NCBI RefSeq assembly: GCF_006345805.1
Contig: NC_042998.1
Span: 174,158,001-174,222,000, forward strand
Source: Octopus sinensis
Lineage: Eukaryota
Length of the DNA: 64,000 nucleotides
Direction: 5' to 3'
Translations under genes and position numbers: made by a program
Shown here: positions 26,818 through 41,179 of the stretch, piece after piece
Layout: each line of letters starts with the position of its first letter
How positions within the stretch are numbered: position 1 is the stretch's first letter
The notes under the pieces: generated by a model
The model's database searches: none
Seen by the model: the letters and a program-made list of their open reading frames with translations, nothing else
Told to the model about the DNA's origin: nothing

Positions 26818-27009
26818 CTACATTACTCTTTATACTGCCTTGGCTTTGTTGTCTCGTTTTATTTAGCATATACATGCTCATTCACGACCCGCATTAGACT
26901 CCTCACTCATACTATTATCGAACCGGGAGTCTGACTATGATCTTTCCGTAGTACTTACATGGAAATTATCTGCCATTTTTGGTGTTCTGGGTACCCAAAC
27001 CTCACATAT

Positions 27010-27200
27010 CATTTGGATCGTTAGCCCCTACACGCAATTTTTTTCTCTCCTTGTTTCTTTTCTGTGTATCTTTCTGTCGAAGAGCGTAGGCTCGAAACGT
27101 AAAAGACTTGTTTTATTTCTATTCCTGAGCGCCATACTAATACATTATTTGTTTGTACGCCACCTGCCTTCGTCTTTTGTTTATTTTTGTAAACCTTCCG

Positions 27201-27201
<1 letters not shown>
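27010..27201 (+). mobile_element. Family I PLE-like terminus with hammerhead-like motif at 27069-27106
   Basis: TCTTT-CTGTCGA-A-GAGC(GTAG)GCTC-GAAA-CG-TA-AAAGA; homologous to 2185-2430; ends in (TA)n. Confidence 0.55.
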
Positions 27202-27252
<51 letters not shown>

Positions 27253-27500
27253 ATATATATATATAATATATATATATATACGAAATGTTGTAGAAAAAAT
27301 CAGTGCTGGCTATAATTTCTGTAGAAATAAACTTAACAAAATAATATGTTTGTGTGTGTGTGTGTGTATGTATTTAGATGATGGATAGATAGATTTAGAC
27401 ATACATACATATAAACAATTATATTCATATATAAATGCATATGTATGCGTGTATATATGTATATGCGTGCATATCTGTACATGCATACATAAATACATAT

Positions 27501-27662
27501 ATCATCATCATCATCGTTTAGCGTCCGCTTTCCATGCTAGCATGGGTTGGACGGTTCAACTGGGGTCTGGGAAGCCAGAAGGCTGCACCAGGCCCAGTCC
27601 GATCTGGCAGTGTTTCTACGGCTGGATGCCCTTCCTAACGCCAACCACTCCGTGAGTGTAGT
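27501..27662 (-). mobile_element. RTE-type 3' end or RTE-dependent SINE fragment
   Basis: (ATC)n tail followed by cgtttagcgtccgctttccatgc...ggatgcccttcctaacgccaacc, resembling RTE-related tails read in reverse. Confidence 0.45.
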
Positions 27663-28473
27663 GATGTAGATTTATACATCTATATATATGCATATGAGTT
27701 GTCAAATTCACACACACACAGATATACACACACACACACACCACCACCACCAACACCAACACCACTACCTCACACGCTATACAACGAAATCCTAAAAAAT
27801 CATAATTTTTCAGTCAAACCAACACACTCAGAATTCGCATATGTGTGCACAAAACTTACTATTCAGTCAGACACTTCGACACTTTGCTCTGCCTTTATAG
27901 ATAACCATACCAAAAATAGTTTATATGTTGGTATAGCTAGATGTGTATTTGAGTACTTTCGTAAACGGGAACATGAGCGTATATACGTTCGCTTGTGTGC
28001 GCGTATGAGGGTGTGTAGGTATTTGTGACTGTGTGAGAGTGTCTCTGTGTTTCTGCGCATCTGTGTATGTGTGTATGTGTGTATGTGTGTGTGCCACTGT
28101 GTGAGTGCGCGCGAGCACGTGTGAGTATGTCTGCATATTTATTGTGAAATCCCAGTCAACTTGGCTCTCACAATAAATTTTTCTTTCAGTATAGAGTCAT
28201 ACCATCAGTAAATACTCCATTATTAGACTTAAAATGGCTTTCGGATAAACATTATTTGAACATGTACATATGTTCGTTGTTTTACGTATATGTGGATGTT
28301 AACTATCTATGATTGCATGTGCTAATGAATTACATGTGTGTGAGTGCGTGTGAGTGTGTGTTTGTGTGTGAGTGTGTGTGCGCGTGTGTGTGTGTGTGTG
28401 TGTATGCGTGTGTAAGTGCGCACACGCGTAACAATCTCTATTTGAACCTGTGTATATGTTTATGAATGAATAT

Positions 28474-28640
28474 AGGCGTAGGGGTGGCTGTGTGGTAAGT
28501 AAATTACTTGAAAACCACGTTTCCTGGTTCAGTCCCACTGCATGGTAACTTGGGCAAGTGTCTTCTACTATAGCCTCGGGCCGACCAAAGACTTGTGAGT
28601 GAATTTGGTAGGCGGAAACTGAAAGAAGCCCGTCGTATAT
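28474..28640 (+). mobile_element. SINE S1 head
   Basis: Homologous to 7699-7865. Confidence 0.85.
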
Positions 28641-28699
28641 ATGTATATATATATGTGTGTGTGTGTTTGTTTGTGTGTCTATTGTGTGTCTATTCAGTT

Positions 28700-29100
<401 letters not shown>

Positions 29101-30461
29101 AAGTATAGTAAGGGGACCATACTCACACACACACACATAAACACACACATACACACACAAATATATATATTAATAAATGCGAAATTCTGTCAGTGCGCGA
29201 CTCCTGTATAGAGGTCCCACACAGACAGAATTATTACTATAGACATATTATACCTTTTGGGAATCGGGATACTCCTGGGATTAAAAATCTGCCCTTCATT
29301 TGGTTCTTGAATATCCAACATTGGGATCTAATTCAAAAGCATTTAGATTGTTATTTTTGTAGCAGGTGAATCCTGTCTGATTCACGCTATTTTGGTTGGC
29401 GTTTGTCAGATGACGTCAGAGATGAAGGGGGTGATAAATGATATTTGCTTCGTTAACTTTACGTCAAGATAAGAACTTTGGGACAAATTGGCCAACATTT
29501 GACTTCAACTTGGCACTGGAGCGATAGAACGACTGTATTAAAGAATAAATTCTCATCCGTCGTTAATCTCTGATCGAACACCACTGGGAAATATAGTCAT
29601 TATAGACGTATTATATTCATGTTATTTAGCTCTCTTTACTTTTAGTCTGCAGACGCCATTAGCCCTCGCAGGAGTTAGCTTAAATGACAGCACGGAGTTC
29701 GTATTTTAAGCTAGTATATATGTATAATTTTATATGCAGATATACACCTAGTAGAATGTTGCTTCAAGCCTGTCTGCAGTATTCGACTACTTCATGTCAA
29801 CAACAGTATGGAGGTGTATACGACTGGGTTTACTTCAGGATTTCTTTTGTATCCGTATGAGTTTCTATAAAGAGATGTGAGGCAGGAAATGGAATTCACG
29901 AGAGTCTTTATTCAGGAACACTATGATCGTTACAATTCATCATTTCAATTCCTCATTCACACACACACACACACATACACGTATATTGCAGGTGAGACGC
30001 TGTACAATCAATTGTCATGCATTTTAGATGAAGATACGTCACCTCCGTCGATTCCTAAAAAATTAACGCGTTTTTTACTTGCTGTACTGCGTATTTCGTA
30101 ATAATTAATTTGCGTAGTATACCATCCGTCTCCGTAATGAACTGAGATAGAATCAAAGACTGCTTCCCGTATAAGTAATAAAACCATAAAAATAAATGGT
30201 AAAGTGCACAAGGATAGAAGAATAAGAAATCAAACAATACAATGAAATCAAATGGAATGGAATACATCGATCACAAGAGGCAGTTAAACGGAAACATGAA
30301 ATATACATGAGATCAGAACAGAGGAGCAAAAACCACCCCAATTTCATCCTTTTCCCTGAATTTGGATTCATATGATATCTCTCTCTCTCTAAACAGCATT
30401 AGCCCCGCAAAAACTGGCAGCGTTTGAAATCTGTTCCTTTGAATATATAATTTGTATAATG

Positions 30462-30499
<38 letters not shown>

Positions 30500-30500
<1 letters not shown>

Positions 30501-31030
30501 TACATATGTGAAAAATCGGTGTGTATTTCTTTGTGGCGTTGTTAGCTATGTCCTCCCACATCGTTTTTATTGATTTTGATGAAACTTGATACGTGAGTAG
30601 AACTCATCTGGAAACCTCGTGGCATACTTAGATTGTTTAACAATCCATAATACAGCTCCTGGAAGGGACCTTTCTATTTACCTCATATAACTAAATTTTT
30701 TAAACACCTAAGGGAAATAATCCATACTACTTGTATAATATATTTTTTTAAACACTCAAAGGAAATAACCCATTTCATTGTTTATGGTCGATTACTTTGA
30801 ATATTGATATTTGTGTGTCCAATTTCTAACTTTTGCAGACAATATCCCTTTTATACTTTATTTGACACGTGAGCAGAACTCGTCTGGAAACTTCGTGACA
30901 TACTTGGATTGTTGAAAAAATCGATAATAGGGCCCCTCCAATGGATCCTTCTATCTACTACATATTACTAATATTTTATTTAAAGATCCTTAGGGAAATA
31001 ACCCATACCACCTGCAAATTTTATCAAAGA
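30500..31030 (-). mobile_element. Helentron/DINE-like remnant with internal tandem subrepeat
   Basis: Reverse complement contains tatcaagtttcatcaaaatc...gatgtggg, similar to 6030-6060; 30585-30780 and 30865-31010 are similar to each other. Confidence 0.35.
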
Positions 31031-32103
31031 GATGAATATTTGATTCTCACGATCAGCCGACCTAATTCTGCATTTCACTACTCACAGTTTTAAACTGCTA
31101 AACATTTCTATACATACTTTTTTGAATGGCCATTACTCCGATAATTCTGCATTTTTACACGTTTTCCATGACAGTAGATATTTTTTTTTATTCCACAACG
31201 TATTTGTAGTGGCTTCATGCAGGCATAGCGTGGATTCGATCCTCGATTGCCTAATTTCACTTAGCACTTCAACAGCGCCTTTCTCACAGTAAAACAATAG
31301 TTTTTCTGCGAATGACAGCAGTTATACATTTCCCAGATAACTTCACTAAGCAGAATAATATCGTTGCCTCTGGCCAACCTGCGACAATCTCACTCACCAG
31401 CCTCCGACAATCTTTCTCGTCAACCTCCAACAATGTTTCCCTTCTCTAGCTGACAGTTTTTTGTATTTTTTCGTCACGAAAAATACATCTTTTGTGGCAG
31501 TTATAATGAAATTGCTTTCTTATATCAGAGTAATATGGTGTTTCAATAGGACATCTTTACCCCCGGGAATTACTGGGTACACCAGCCGACGAAAGGGAAT
31601 CTATCTTCCTTCCCATTTCCTTCCTCAAGACAACACGTACTTATACCTGTCTTCTCTCATAATCTCGTCTTCCTAGCGTTCATAATAATTTTCTATCGTC
31701 TTGGCTTTGTTTTTACTGTCTTGTTCTCACTGCCCTGTTCTTGTTACTACTTTCACCCTCCGTAAAAAAATCCCAAATTTTATTTAATTTGCTTTGCGGG
31801 AAGAACTGTTTCAACGAAGTCGCGTATTGTCCTTGCTTCGGACCGCGGGGTAAATGAAACAGGGACAACTGATGAAGGGAATATTTTTTATGTTGCATGT
31901 TTCATTTCTCTGTTTGTTTTTTTCGATGTTCCAAAAAATGTTCGTTTTCTATGTTTTTGTTTTTATGTTTTCGTTTCTCATTGTGTTCAACGTTTCTTCC
32001 ATGTCCTATACCCATATATGCATGTATGTCTACATATGTATGTAGCTATGTACATATATGTATGTATATATGCATATATTTATATATTATATGTATATAT
32101 GTG

Positions 32104-32151
<48 letters not shown>

Positions 32152-32399
32152 CCAGCCCTGCCAATATACACATATATTTGAATTTTCTCTGACTCCTCAG
32201 ATTTTTTGAATGCTGGACTACTGGTTTTAAATTGATATTAAAATGAATATTAATTTATCTCCCTCAATTTTTAAATATATATATATATATACACACACAC
32301 AGATAGAGAGAGCGCTCATATATGTATGTACATAGCATATATATATATTTATATAATGTAATGTAGTCTTCTATTTTGTGTTTCATCTTTATATGTATA

Positions 32400-32710
32400 C
32401 ATGGCTTAGTGGTTAGATCGTCGAGCTTATGATCGTGAGGTTGTGAGTTCGAATCGCGGACCGGGATGCGTGTTGTGTTCTTGAGCAAGACACTTTATTT
32501 TAGGTTGCTCCAGTTCACTCAGCTATAGAAATGAGTTGAGACGTCACAGATGCCCCCCCCCTTGGATAACACTGGTGGCGTGAAGAGGAGAGGTCGTTAT
32601 GCATGAGCAACTGCTGGTCTTCCATAAGCAACCTTTCCCGGACTTGCGCCTGGGAGGTTAACTTTCTAGGTGGAATTCCATGGTCAGTCATGACCGAAGG
32701 GTGTGTCAGC
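32400..32710 (+). mobile_element. tRNA-derived SINE (S3-like head, different body)
   Basis: tggcttagtggttag A-box-like and gagttcgaatc B-box-like motifs. Confidence 0.75.
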
Positions 32711-32746
32711 ATACATAGATATATACGTGTAAATATACGCGCAGCC

Positions 32747-32791
<45 letters not shown>

Positions 32792-32827
32792 CTCTGCGTT
32801 ACCTAAGTTTGTATCATAGCTAGCTGG

Positions 32828-32860
<33 letters not shown>

Positions 32861-32893
32861 TAGACAGACAGACAGACAGGCAGACAGACGGAC

Positions 32894-32944
<51 letters not shown>

Positions 32945-33321
32945 AAGGTATACATGCATATAGGTATATGTGTATGTGCATATGTGTGTATGTGTTTGAA
33001 TGGACATTGCATGTTGAAGGGTGTTATTGTAGCGTCATGTATATTATGTATATGCATATATGTGTATATACGTATATGTATTTAGGTTTGTACACGAGCT
33101 ATTATGAGTAATATTGTTTGTATGTGTATTTGTGTGTACGCGAGTGAGTGTGTGTGCGTGCACGCGTGTGTATGCGTGTATGTGTCTGTATGTATGTATG
33201 TCTCTGTGTGTGTGTGATAATATTTATGTATTTTCACTAGTGGATGAGTAACTCAGCTGAAAGATATTTTGTCGTATATTGAGATAATGTGAGAGCATAA
33301 ATATAAATCTGTTCAGTTGTG

Positions 33322-33625
33322 GAGGCACATGGCCTAGTGGTAAGAGTAGCGGACTCGCGGTCTGTCGACCGCGGGTTCGAATCTCAGACCGGGTGATGTG
33401 TGTGTTTATGAGCGAAACACCTAAGCTCCACGCGGCTCCGGCAGAAGGTAATGGCGAACTTCTGCTGACTCTTTCGCCACAACTTTCTCTCACTCTTTCC
33501 TCCTGCATCTTACAGCTCACCTGCGGCGGACCGGCGTCCCGTCCAGGTGGGGAACCTATACGCCAAGGAAACCGGGAATCCGGCGCTTATGAACCAGGCG
33601 TTGCTCGGGAAGGAACAAACTACAG
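33322..33625 (+). mobile_element. tRNA-derived SINE with Meta-domain-like core
   Basis: tggcctagtggtaag, ggttcgaatc, then cctgcggcggaccggcgtcccgtccagg. Confidence 0.75.
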
Positions 33626-34114
33626 CTTTCATTGGTTATGTATGTGAATGCATATATATACACACACATATACGTGTGTGTGAGAGTGTGTATGTACGTA
33701 CGTATGCATATATATAAATGTATACAATAAATAATATTTGTCTCTTCTAATAGAAACAAAAGGGTTTATAGGACTGCAAAAGAGGTGCTCAAATATAAAT
33801 GAGAAGAAGATAAAGAAGTATTGGTTATAGAAGAAACATTAAATTTGGGTCCACGACTTTGTGTACAACATCATCCCTCAAACATTTAATCATATATAAA
33901 AATCATCATGGTTTACAACCACATAAAAATAATCGAATAAAATACAAATAGAACGGCCTATCAAAAATGTAAAAATATAAACGGCTAAAAATTCAAAAAG
34001 TATCAAAAAACATAATAGACAAATATAAAATAAGTAAAGGTAAGCATAAAAATGAAATAAATATCCACACGCACGCACACACACACGCACAACCACACGC
34101 ACACACACAGACAT

Positions 34115-34265
34115 ATACGACAGGCTTTTTTCAGTTTCCATCTATCAAATCCACTGACAAGACTTTGATCGGTGCGACGTAATACAAGAAGACACTTGCT
34201 GAAGGTGTCACGCAGTGGACTGAACCCATAATCATGTATCTGGTAATCAAGCTTCTTGCCACACA
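34115..34265 (-). mobile_element. SINE S1 head, decayed
   Basis: Reverse complement homology to S1. Confidence 0.75.
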
Positions 34266-34395
34266 TCCACGTTTGCCTCTTATCATGAAGCCACGCTGCA
34301 CACACACACACATATATATATATATGTTAACGTTTTGGCGTTCAGACGAGTGTACTGGGATAGATGTGGCAACATTTGAAATTTTGTCTAGGTAT

Positions 34396-34466
34396 ATGCA
34401 GCTGATGAAGACAAATCAAATCTACGTTGTCAAACGTATTTGAAGAGTCTGAAACCGGTCCTGCAT
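34396..34466 (+). ncRNA. Type I hammerhead ribozyme, canonical core, GUC cleavage triplet
   Basis: ATGCAG-CTGATGA-AGAC..(TCAAA/TTTGA, TACGTT/AACGTA)..GTCT-GAAA-CCGG-TC/CTGCAT. Predicted cleavage after 34460. Confidence 0.88.
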
Positions 34467-35039
34467 TATCTGATTCTAGGTTTTCCATTTTTCAGATGTT
34501 CTTCCTAGAGGTAAGACAAATTTTTTCATGTTTGTTTGCACACACACACGTCTTTGCTAATATATACGCAGTGAAGCTATACAATAGCGTCGTATTTATT
34601 AAGATCGCTATTTTCCAGGAAATATCGTACCTCGTTGTACCATTTATTTACTCATATATTATATATATATATAATATATATATATATATATTATATATAT
34701 ATATGGAACAAAAACGCAATAAAGGGCATTAAAACGTTCGACCAGATAGACTACACAAAGGCGGACAAGAGAAACAACAATTAGAAGGACAGGCAAAAAT
34801 GACGGTTCATGTGTGTGTGTGTAGTAGTAGTAGGTATATATATAATTATATATATATATAAGTTTTAGCCTGATCGTGCCATTTTTCTTTCTGGCTTTAC
34901 AGAGTAAGCTTGGCCGCTCCCCTAGCAATGTGTACCAAAGAAGAACAAAGAGCAGTGATTCGATTTCTCTGGTCGGATGGTGTGTGAGGTGCTGAAATTC
35001 ATCGCAATCTTTTAAGACAATACGGAGACAGCGCACTAC

Positions 35040-35190
35040 CGGATAGGTGTGTATATGAGAGGATCGATAAGTTTAAAAGTGGCTTATGCGCAACACACAT
35101 AAGTGGGAGAAGGACGCTCGTTAACCTCCACCATTGGCGAGAAGATTCAGCAAGCTCGAGATATGGTAATGATGAACCGGTTCACCATTA
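35040..35190 (+). pseudogene. mariner transposase N-terminal fragment
   Basis: Frameshifted VYERIDKFKSG...TSTIGEKIQQARDMVMMNRFTI, resembling the mariner HTH region. Confidence 0.55.
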
Positions 35191-35387
35191 TCATCTCTCG
35201 GATCAGTGTTCTTTGTTATTCTTCAATGCGCATTGCTAGTGCGGCGACCATGCTTACACTGTAAAGCTAGAAAGCAGTGTGGCAATAATAAAGATATGTT
35301 ATGGCAAAAGTGAGGATAACTTTTTACTCTCCCTCAAATATGTCTCTATATATGCATGTATGTGTGTGTATGCCTATATATATATAT

Positions 35388-35693
35388 ATATTATTAGTGA
35401 ATTGAAGAAATGGAGTTGAACGAAGATTGAACAGAAATCGTTTTATTGCATTCTACACGTGTTTCGAAACACGTGTAAATGCAATAAAACGATTTCTGTT
35501 CAATCTTCGTTCAACTCCATTTCTTCAATTCACTAATAATATTAAAATTCAATTATCCGCACCAACGCACGGTTGCAACACCATATGGTTGTACCTCCAA
35601 CCGTGCCATCTTCTGCTGTGATTTTTGCTACCAAGGTATCGGTTAAACTTTTGATTAATCTGCAACAAGATTATTCATCTTTCTATTTCACAA
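35388..35693. mobile_element. Family A PLE-like terminus with a spacer-less ~77-bp-arm palindrome
   Basis: 35388-35465 and 35466-35542 mirror each other about GTTTC|GAAAC (one 1-nt deletion); (TA)n flanks. Confidence 0.8.
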
Positions 35694-35703
35694 ATTATAT
35701 ATA

Positions 35704-35753
<50 letters not shown>

Positions 35754-36334
35754 TATATGTATATACATGTATATTTATGTATAAGTGTATGTGTATGCAG
35801 TTCAATGTGTATTTATGCGTGGATATGCTTATTTATGTATGTGCTTGTGAGAGAATCCATACATATTCACATGTGCGTGTATATGTACACACACACACAT
35901 ACACACACATGAATGTTGATTGTTGATATATATGTTTGTGTATAGACAAGGTTGGGATGTCATAACTGCTGTACAGGTATAATTGTATCGATACACATAT
36001 TTGCATATATACGACAATATTTTCGCGCATTAATGTGTATACGACAGCATTAAGCAGCACTTTGCGAACCAGCATTATTAATACAATACGTCGGGAATAG
36101 CGCAATACCCTGGCGACACATCGTAAATAAAGGAAAATGAAAACGTTTGTTTTATCTTTAAACACTTAAAACCCGTATCCAAAACTTTCATTAGGAACTT
36201 GCCTACCGAACCATATTTAATGATTATCAAATAGAAAATGTGTATTTCTCAAATGATTTAACCTCTCACTATACGTATATCGGAAACAAACACACGCACA
36301 TTCATACAAACACGTGCAATGATGTAGGTTACAC

Positions 36335-36426
<92 letters not shown>

Positions 36427-37413
36427 AGTACGTGCGTGTGTGTTCTTTTATCCATATACAATCCCAAACTATTGTCATTGTATAATTTTTTAAATATGTG
36501 ACTATGAGTCTGTATATATATATATATATATATACACATACATATGTATACACACACAAGCGCACACAGAGATACATAAGTGCATGTGAGCGCGTGTGCG
36601 TGTGTGTGTAATAAGTGGATAACAACAGCACAGAAACTAATGTAGTAACTTCATGAGCTCACAGCTGTTTCTGCTATCAGAACATATGAATCACGAGTGG
36701 TGAACCAGTGCAACATAATATGAGTTACACAGAGTCGTTTGTAAGAAGTGCTTCTTTATTTAGAAAAGCATTTAAATATTTAGTTAGGCATGGAGATAAT
36801 TCTGTGCTAAGTCATGTACCTTGAAATAATGGCCCACACTTAGAAGTTACTTATATTATTTAACACGTTTATTTCCGAATTTTCTTCGCAATATTTTAAG
36901 GAATATTTCCTCAATAAGTATTTCAGTTCCGGCTTTTGATGCGCACATGTTTCTCAAAGATGTTTGTATCTCTTCGCAAAAATCTGCGATAGTATGCATG
37001 TGATGTGTATGTGTATGTGTGTGTGTGTGTATGTGTGTGTGTGTGTGTGTGTATGTCTGCATGCGCGTGCGTGTGAATATATACCTGTGTGTCTGACCAA
37101 TTTCTACAACTTCTTGCAACTATCATTGTGTGAATACATATTTTTTATGTGAGTCCTCTGTCCCTAATAAATCAGACTGATTTTTAACACTATCTATAAC
37201 CTCTATACTATGATGGTCACCAGTACCTTAAACGAGATTGCGTTTTGATATGTATTGTATGATCTCCATTCCTGTATTTAGGTTACTCATATATATACAT
37301 AGATAGATACCCATATTTAGGTTACCTTTATACTTACCTACATAGGTACACACACACACGCACACAAACTCACACCTATATAAATATACATACATATATA
37401 TATATACATACAT

Positions 37414-37459
<46 letters not shown>

Positions 37460-37489
37460 TTTACAAATATATTTATTTATATACATACA

Positions 37490-37905
37490 AAATTAAGAGG
37501 AATGACCACCTTGGAGGTGTTTCCTCTTAATATGCTAAAAATAGACGTCAAATCGCCTTACCACGAAGAGTGTGTTCTCAAGAAAAATTTCAGCAAAACG
37601 CCAGAATGTAAAAATGAGCAAGACAAATGAAAATATATGAAATAAAAAATAATTACCAACGTACCAATGCTTTCGCTTGTTAATATTTACGAATCTAAAT
37701 ATCTGAAAGCTCATCGTAGTCTGTTGCTTACAAAACACAATTTCCAGAACTAGACACAGAACACTTACTCGAAAGAGAACATGTATAAAGTTCTGCAATT
37801 TATATTTTGGGGGTATTTTTCAAGTGTCTTCATTTTGACGCACTGAGGCTGGAAATAACTCTGCAGTTAATAAATTTCTGCAGTTAATTTACCGCTCAGA
37901 GAATA
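37490..37905 (-). mobile_element. Family E copy with decayed hammerhead at 37657-37719
   Basis: Homologous to 4795-5220. Confidence 0.6.
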
Positions 37906-38014
37906 TTGTTATTTAAAAATTAAACTATGAGTGTAGAAATTGATATTAATCAATTGAAACCAGTGGTTTAGCATATTTTAAAAAATCCGAAGATTAAAAA
38001 TTATATTACATACA

Positions 38015-38240
38015 AAATTAAGAGGACTCCTAATATGCTAAAGATAGACGTCAAATCGCCTTACTACGAAGAGTATGTTCTCAAGAAAAAATTCAGCAAA
38101 ACGCCAGAATGCATAAATGAGCAAGACAGAAGAAAATATACGAAACAAAAAAATAAAACGATTACCTACGTATAGTTTTGATTGTTAATATTTTCGAATG
38201 TAAATATCCGCAAGCTTATCAGCGTAGTCTGTTGCTTATA
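38015..38240 (-). mobile_element. Family E partial copy with decayed hammerhead at 38166-38227
   Basis: Homologous to 37490-37730. Confidence 0.6.
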
Positions 38241-38246
38241 GAAATA

Positions 38247-38405
38247 TATATATGGTGTAATTTAATTGTTCATTTTGAATTGATAAAAGGTGGGGTTTTT
38301 TTTCTAATTTGTAATATATATATATATTATAATGTGTGAAATTTGATTTAGTATTTCTAAATTGAATTTTTTCCTTGTAAGTTTTGGATTTTATTCCTCA
38401 AATAT
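38247..38405 (+). repeat. Dispersed repeat matching 918-985 plus 1440-1515
   Basis: atggtgtaatttaattgttcattttgaattgataaaaggtg...gtgtgaaattt..gtatttctaaattgaattttttcc is shared. Confidence 0.75.
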
Positions 38406-38408
38406 TAA

Positions 38409-38466
<58 letters not shown>

Positions 38467-38587
38467 TATATATAGATATATATATATATAGATAGATATA
38501 TAGATAGATATATAGATAGATATATAGATAGATAGATATAGATAGATAGATAGATATACAAATACATATATGTATGTATACACACAC

Positions 38588-38647
<60 letters not shown>

Positions 38648-38680
38648 TATTATATATATACATATATATTATATATATAC

Positions 38681-38712
<32 letters not shown>

Positions 38713-38760
38713 GATTTTGATTTTGATTTTTCCAGTTTCAGCTAATGAGCTGTGGCCATA

Positions 38761-38826
<66 letters not shown>

Positions 38827-40918
38827 AGAGAGAGGGAGAGAGAAAATATTCTGCACTCGATACATAGATTTACACTAATGTATTTGTATTTATAAATCAT
38901 TATAAATATCAAACTGCTTATTCGTTTCGCGTCACGATCTTCACACCATGTTTATTGCCATGACAAACAAAATTTTGGGGTAGACATATTTTTTTAACAC
39001 GTCACATTCCCTCAAGGCGAATGACTAATTGCCCGGTAAAACTTAGTCGTTCCTCTTCAAGAGTGGTATGAAAGTTGCGAGTGCAAACTTTGTAAAATGA
39101 TTGAAGTTCAAAGTAAATTTGTTTAAAGGAAATGTAGCACCGCCATGGGAGTGGAAATGAATGAAAACCACATGGATGTAAAAACAAATTAAGCAAATGT
39201 TCGGGAGGAAGATGGAAAGCGAAATGCATGTGAGGTGAAGCAATGTCAGGTATCTGTGCCATTATGTGATTTTTGTCAGGTGAAAGGCATAGTTTCCAGG
39301 GACGTAATAGGCGCTTTGAAAGTGTGAGCATTTCCTGATCTATTATTTAAGTAAAAGCCTTGTTTATGCAAATTTTATAGAATCATCCCTCCAACGTGCA
39401 ACGGTGTTATCTTTTACCTTCACCTTCAGTGATTTTGTATATTTCGAAGATTTTTCCATTTAATATTGTAACATTTTCTTTCAATCTTTCGATGCAGTTG
39501 GCCAGTTTTCTTGTATTCTCATTTGTCGATGTTTAAATCAGAGAGTATTGTCATAGTTTTAAGTTTTTTGTGTGTCATATAACATGTCTTTCTACGAGTT
39601 TCTTTTCCGTTGAGGTTACACCTGCCTCATAAATTGCATGAAACGGTTTTGTCAAGAGGGAATTTATTATGGTTTCAGTACGAACATGTATTATCGTGCT
39701 TGTTAGCAAAATCGATATTATGCTTCTTAATGTTCGTGGTGCAACTAAAACTAATTGTGAGATTGTGACTTTTGAAACATTTCTATATCTTAAATCAGGA
39801 GGAAAGCGTATAAGGAAAGTGTATGTATGACTTTCTGTAATGGTTAGACAGTGCTTTTTATATTTGATTTCATACTGAATGAAAAACGGTGTTTGAAACA
39901 TAATATTACAACTCATTTTCATTTTTCGGTTAGGAGAGCACTGGCTCGTAAGATTTTATAGTCGCAAGTGGCTGCCTTAAGACATACTTTTGTATTTGAA
40001 ACAAGAGTGGATATTCTATTGTTGAAATTGTAAAGCAGGTTGTTGCAGATAATGAAGAGGTAACTTGATTCTACGTTAATAGAAGAGAGTTTTAAATTGT
40101 GGTTTCTTAAAAGGTTTGTGAAGTTAGATGCTAAATTTAGCGTAATATGAAGAAAGCCAACAATAATTAAGTTAGAGGATTTATATATTTCTAGGCCAAA
40201 AGTGCTAAAAGTTTGTATGTGCTGTTCCTTAATCTGTCAGAGATACAGCCATTAGTCATGTAACTCTGAAAAAATGGGATTTTATTTATAGCAGCGACAC
40301 GTGATGGTGGCTCAAATTCGTCTCCACACGAGAGGCTGAAATGACAAATGTTAGATTTTGGAAACCATTTCTGCACTGTATTTTAGTTGATGCAACTTCT
40401 CTATACATAGTGGATAATTTTCTGGTTATGTCGCGCTAATAATTTTCTCGTAATAACAGTGCATAATGTGACGGGAGTGAAAGTTTGCGTCCTTACTATC
40501 AAAAGAGGGTTAAACGAAATGTTGTCAAAATTTGGTACCTCAAACTAGAAATCCTATTTCTGGAGCTCTCCAACTATTGCTTGATTAATTCAAATGTTGC
40601 TTCAAATATGGTTGTTTAACATATCGTGGAAACTTTGAGCGAATTTACTATTACCAGATATCACTAGATACACACACACACACACACTCGCTCTCTCACA
40701 CATACACTCTCTCTCTCTCTCTCACACACTCTCTTTCTCACACACACTCTCTCTCTCACACACACTCTCTCTCTCTCATATACACACTCTCTCTCTCACA
40801 CACGCACACACTCACGTATACATACATACTTACATATATGCATACAAAAACACGTACAGATACAAACACACACGTTTATACACACACTATGTATATATAC
40901 TATAGACAGATAGATAGT

Positions 40919-41005
<87 letters not shown>

Positions 41006-41179
41006 AAAAATTACATATATATATATATATATATACGCTGTACATTTTTATATAGAATTGCATTTTAGTTTTTACATGTGTTATATATGCATAGTACATG
41101 CATTTCCCAGTTATATTCTAGTATTCTATATGTGCTTCTTGTGTATATTCTTTTCGATGTATTCCATATATTCAGTTGC

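Noticed and set aside
29735-29875. Candidate exons here, at 21649-21720 and at 6900-7060
   Set aside because: Open frames are short, splice donors are weak, and no protein family is recognisable.
31869-31960. CTGATGAAGGGAAT hammerhead 5' half (also CTAATGA at about 38742)
   Set aside because: No matching helix II strand or GAAA half could be placed; at most decayed remnants.
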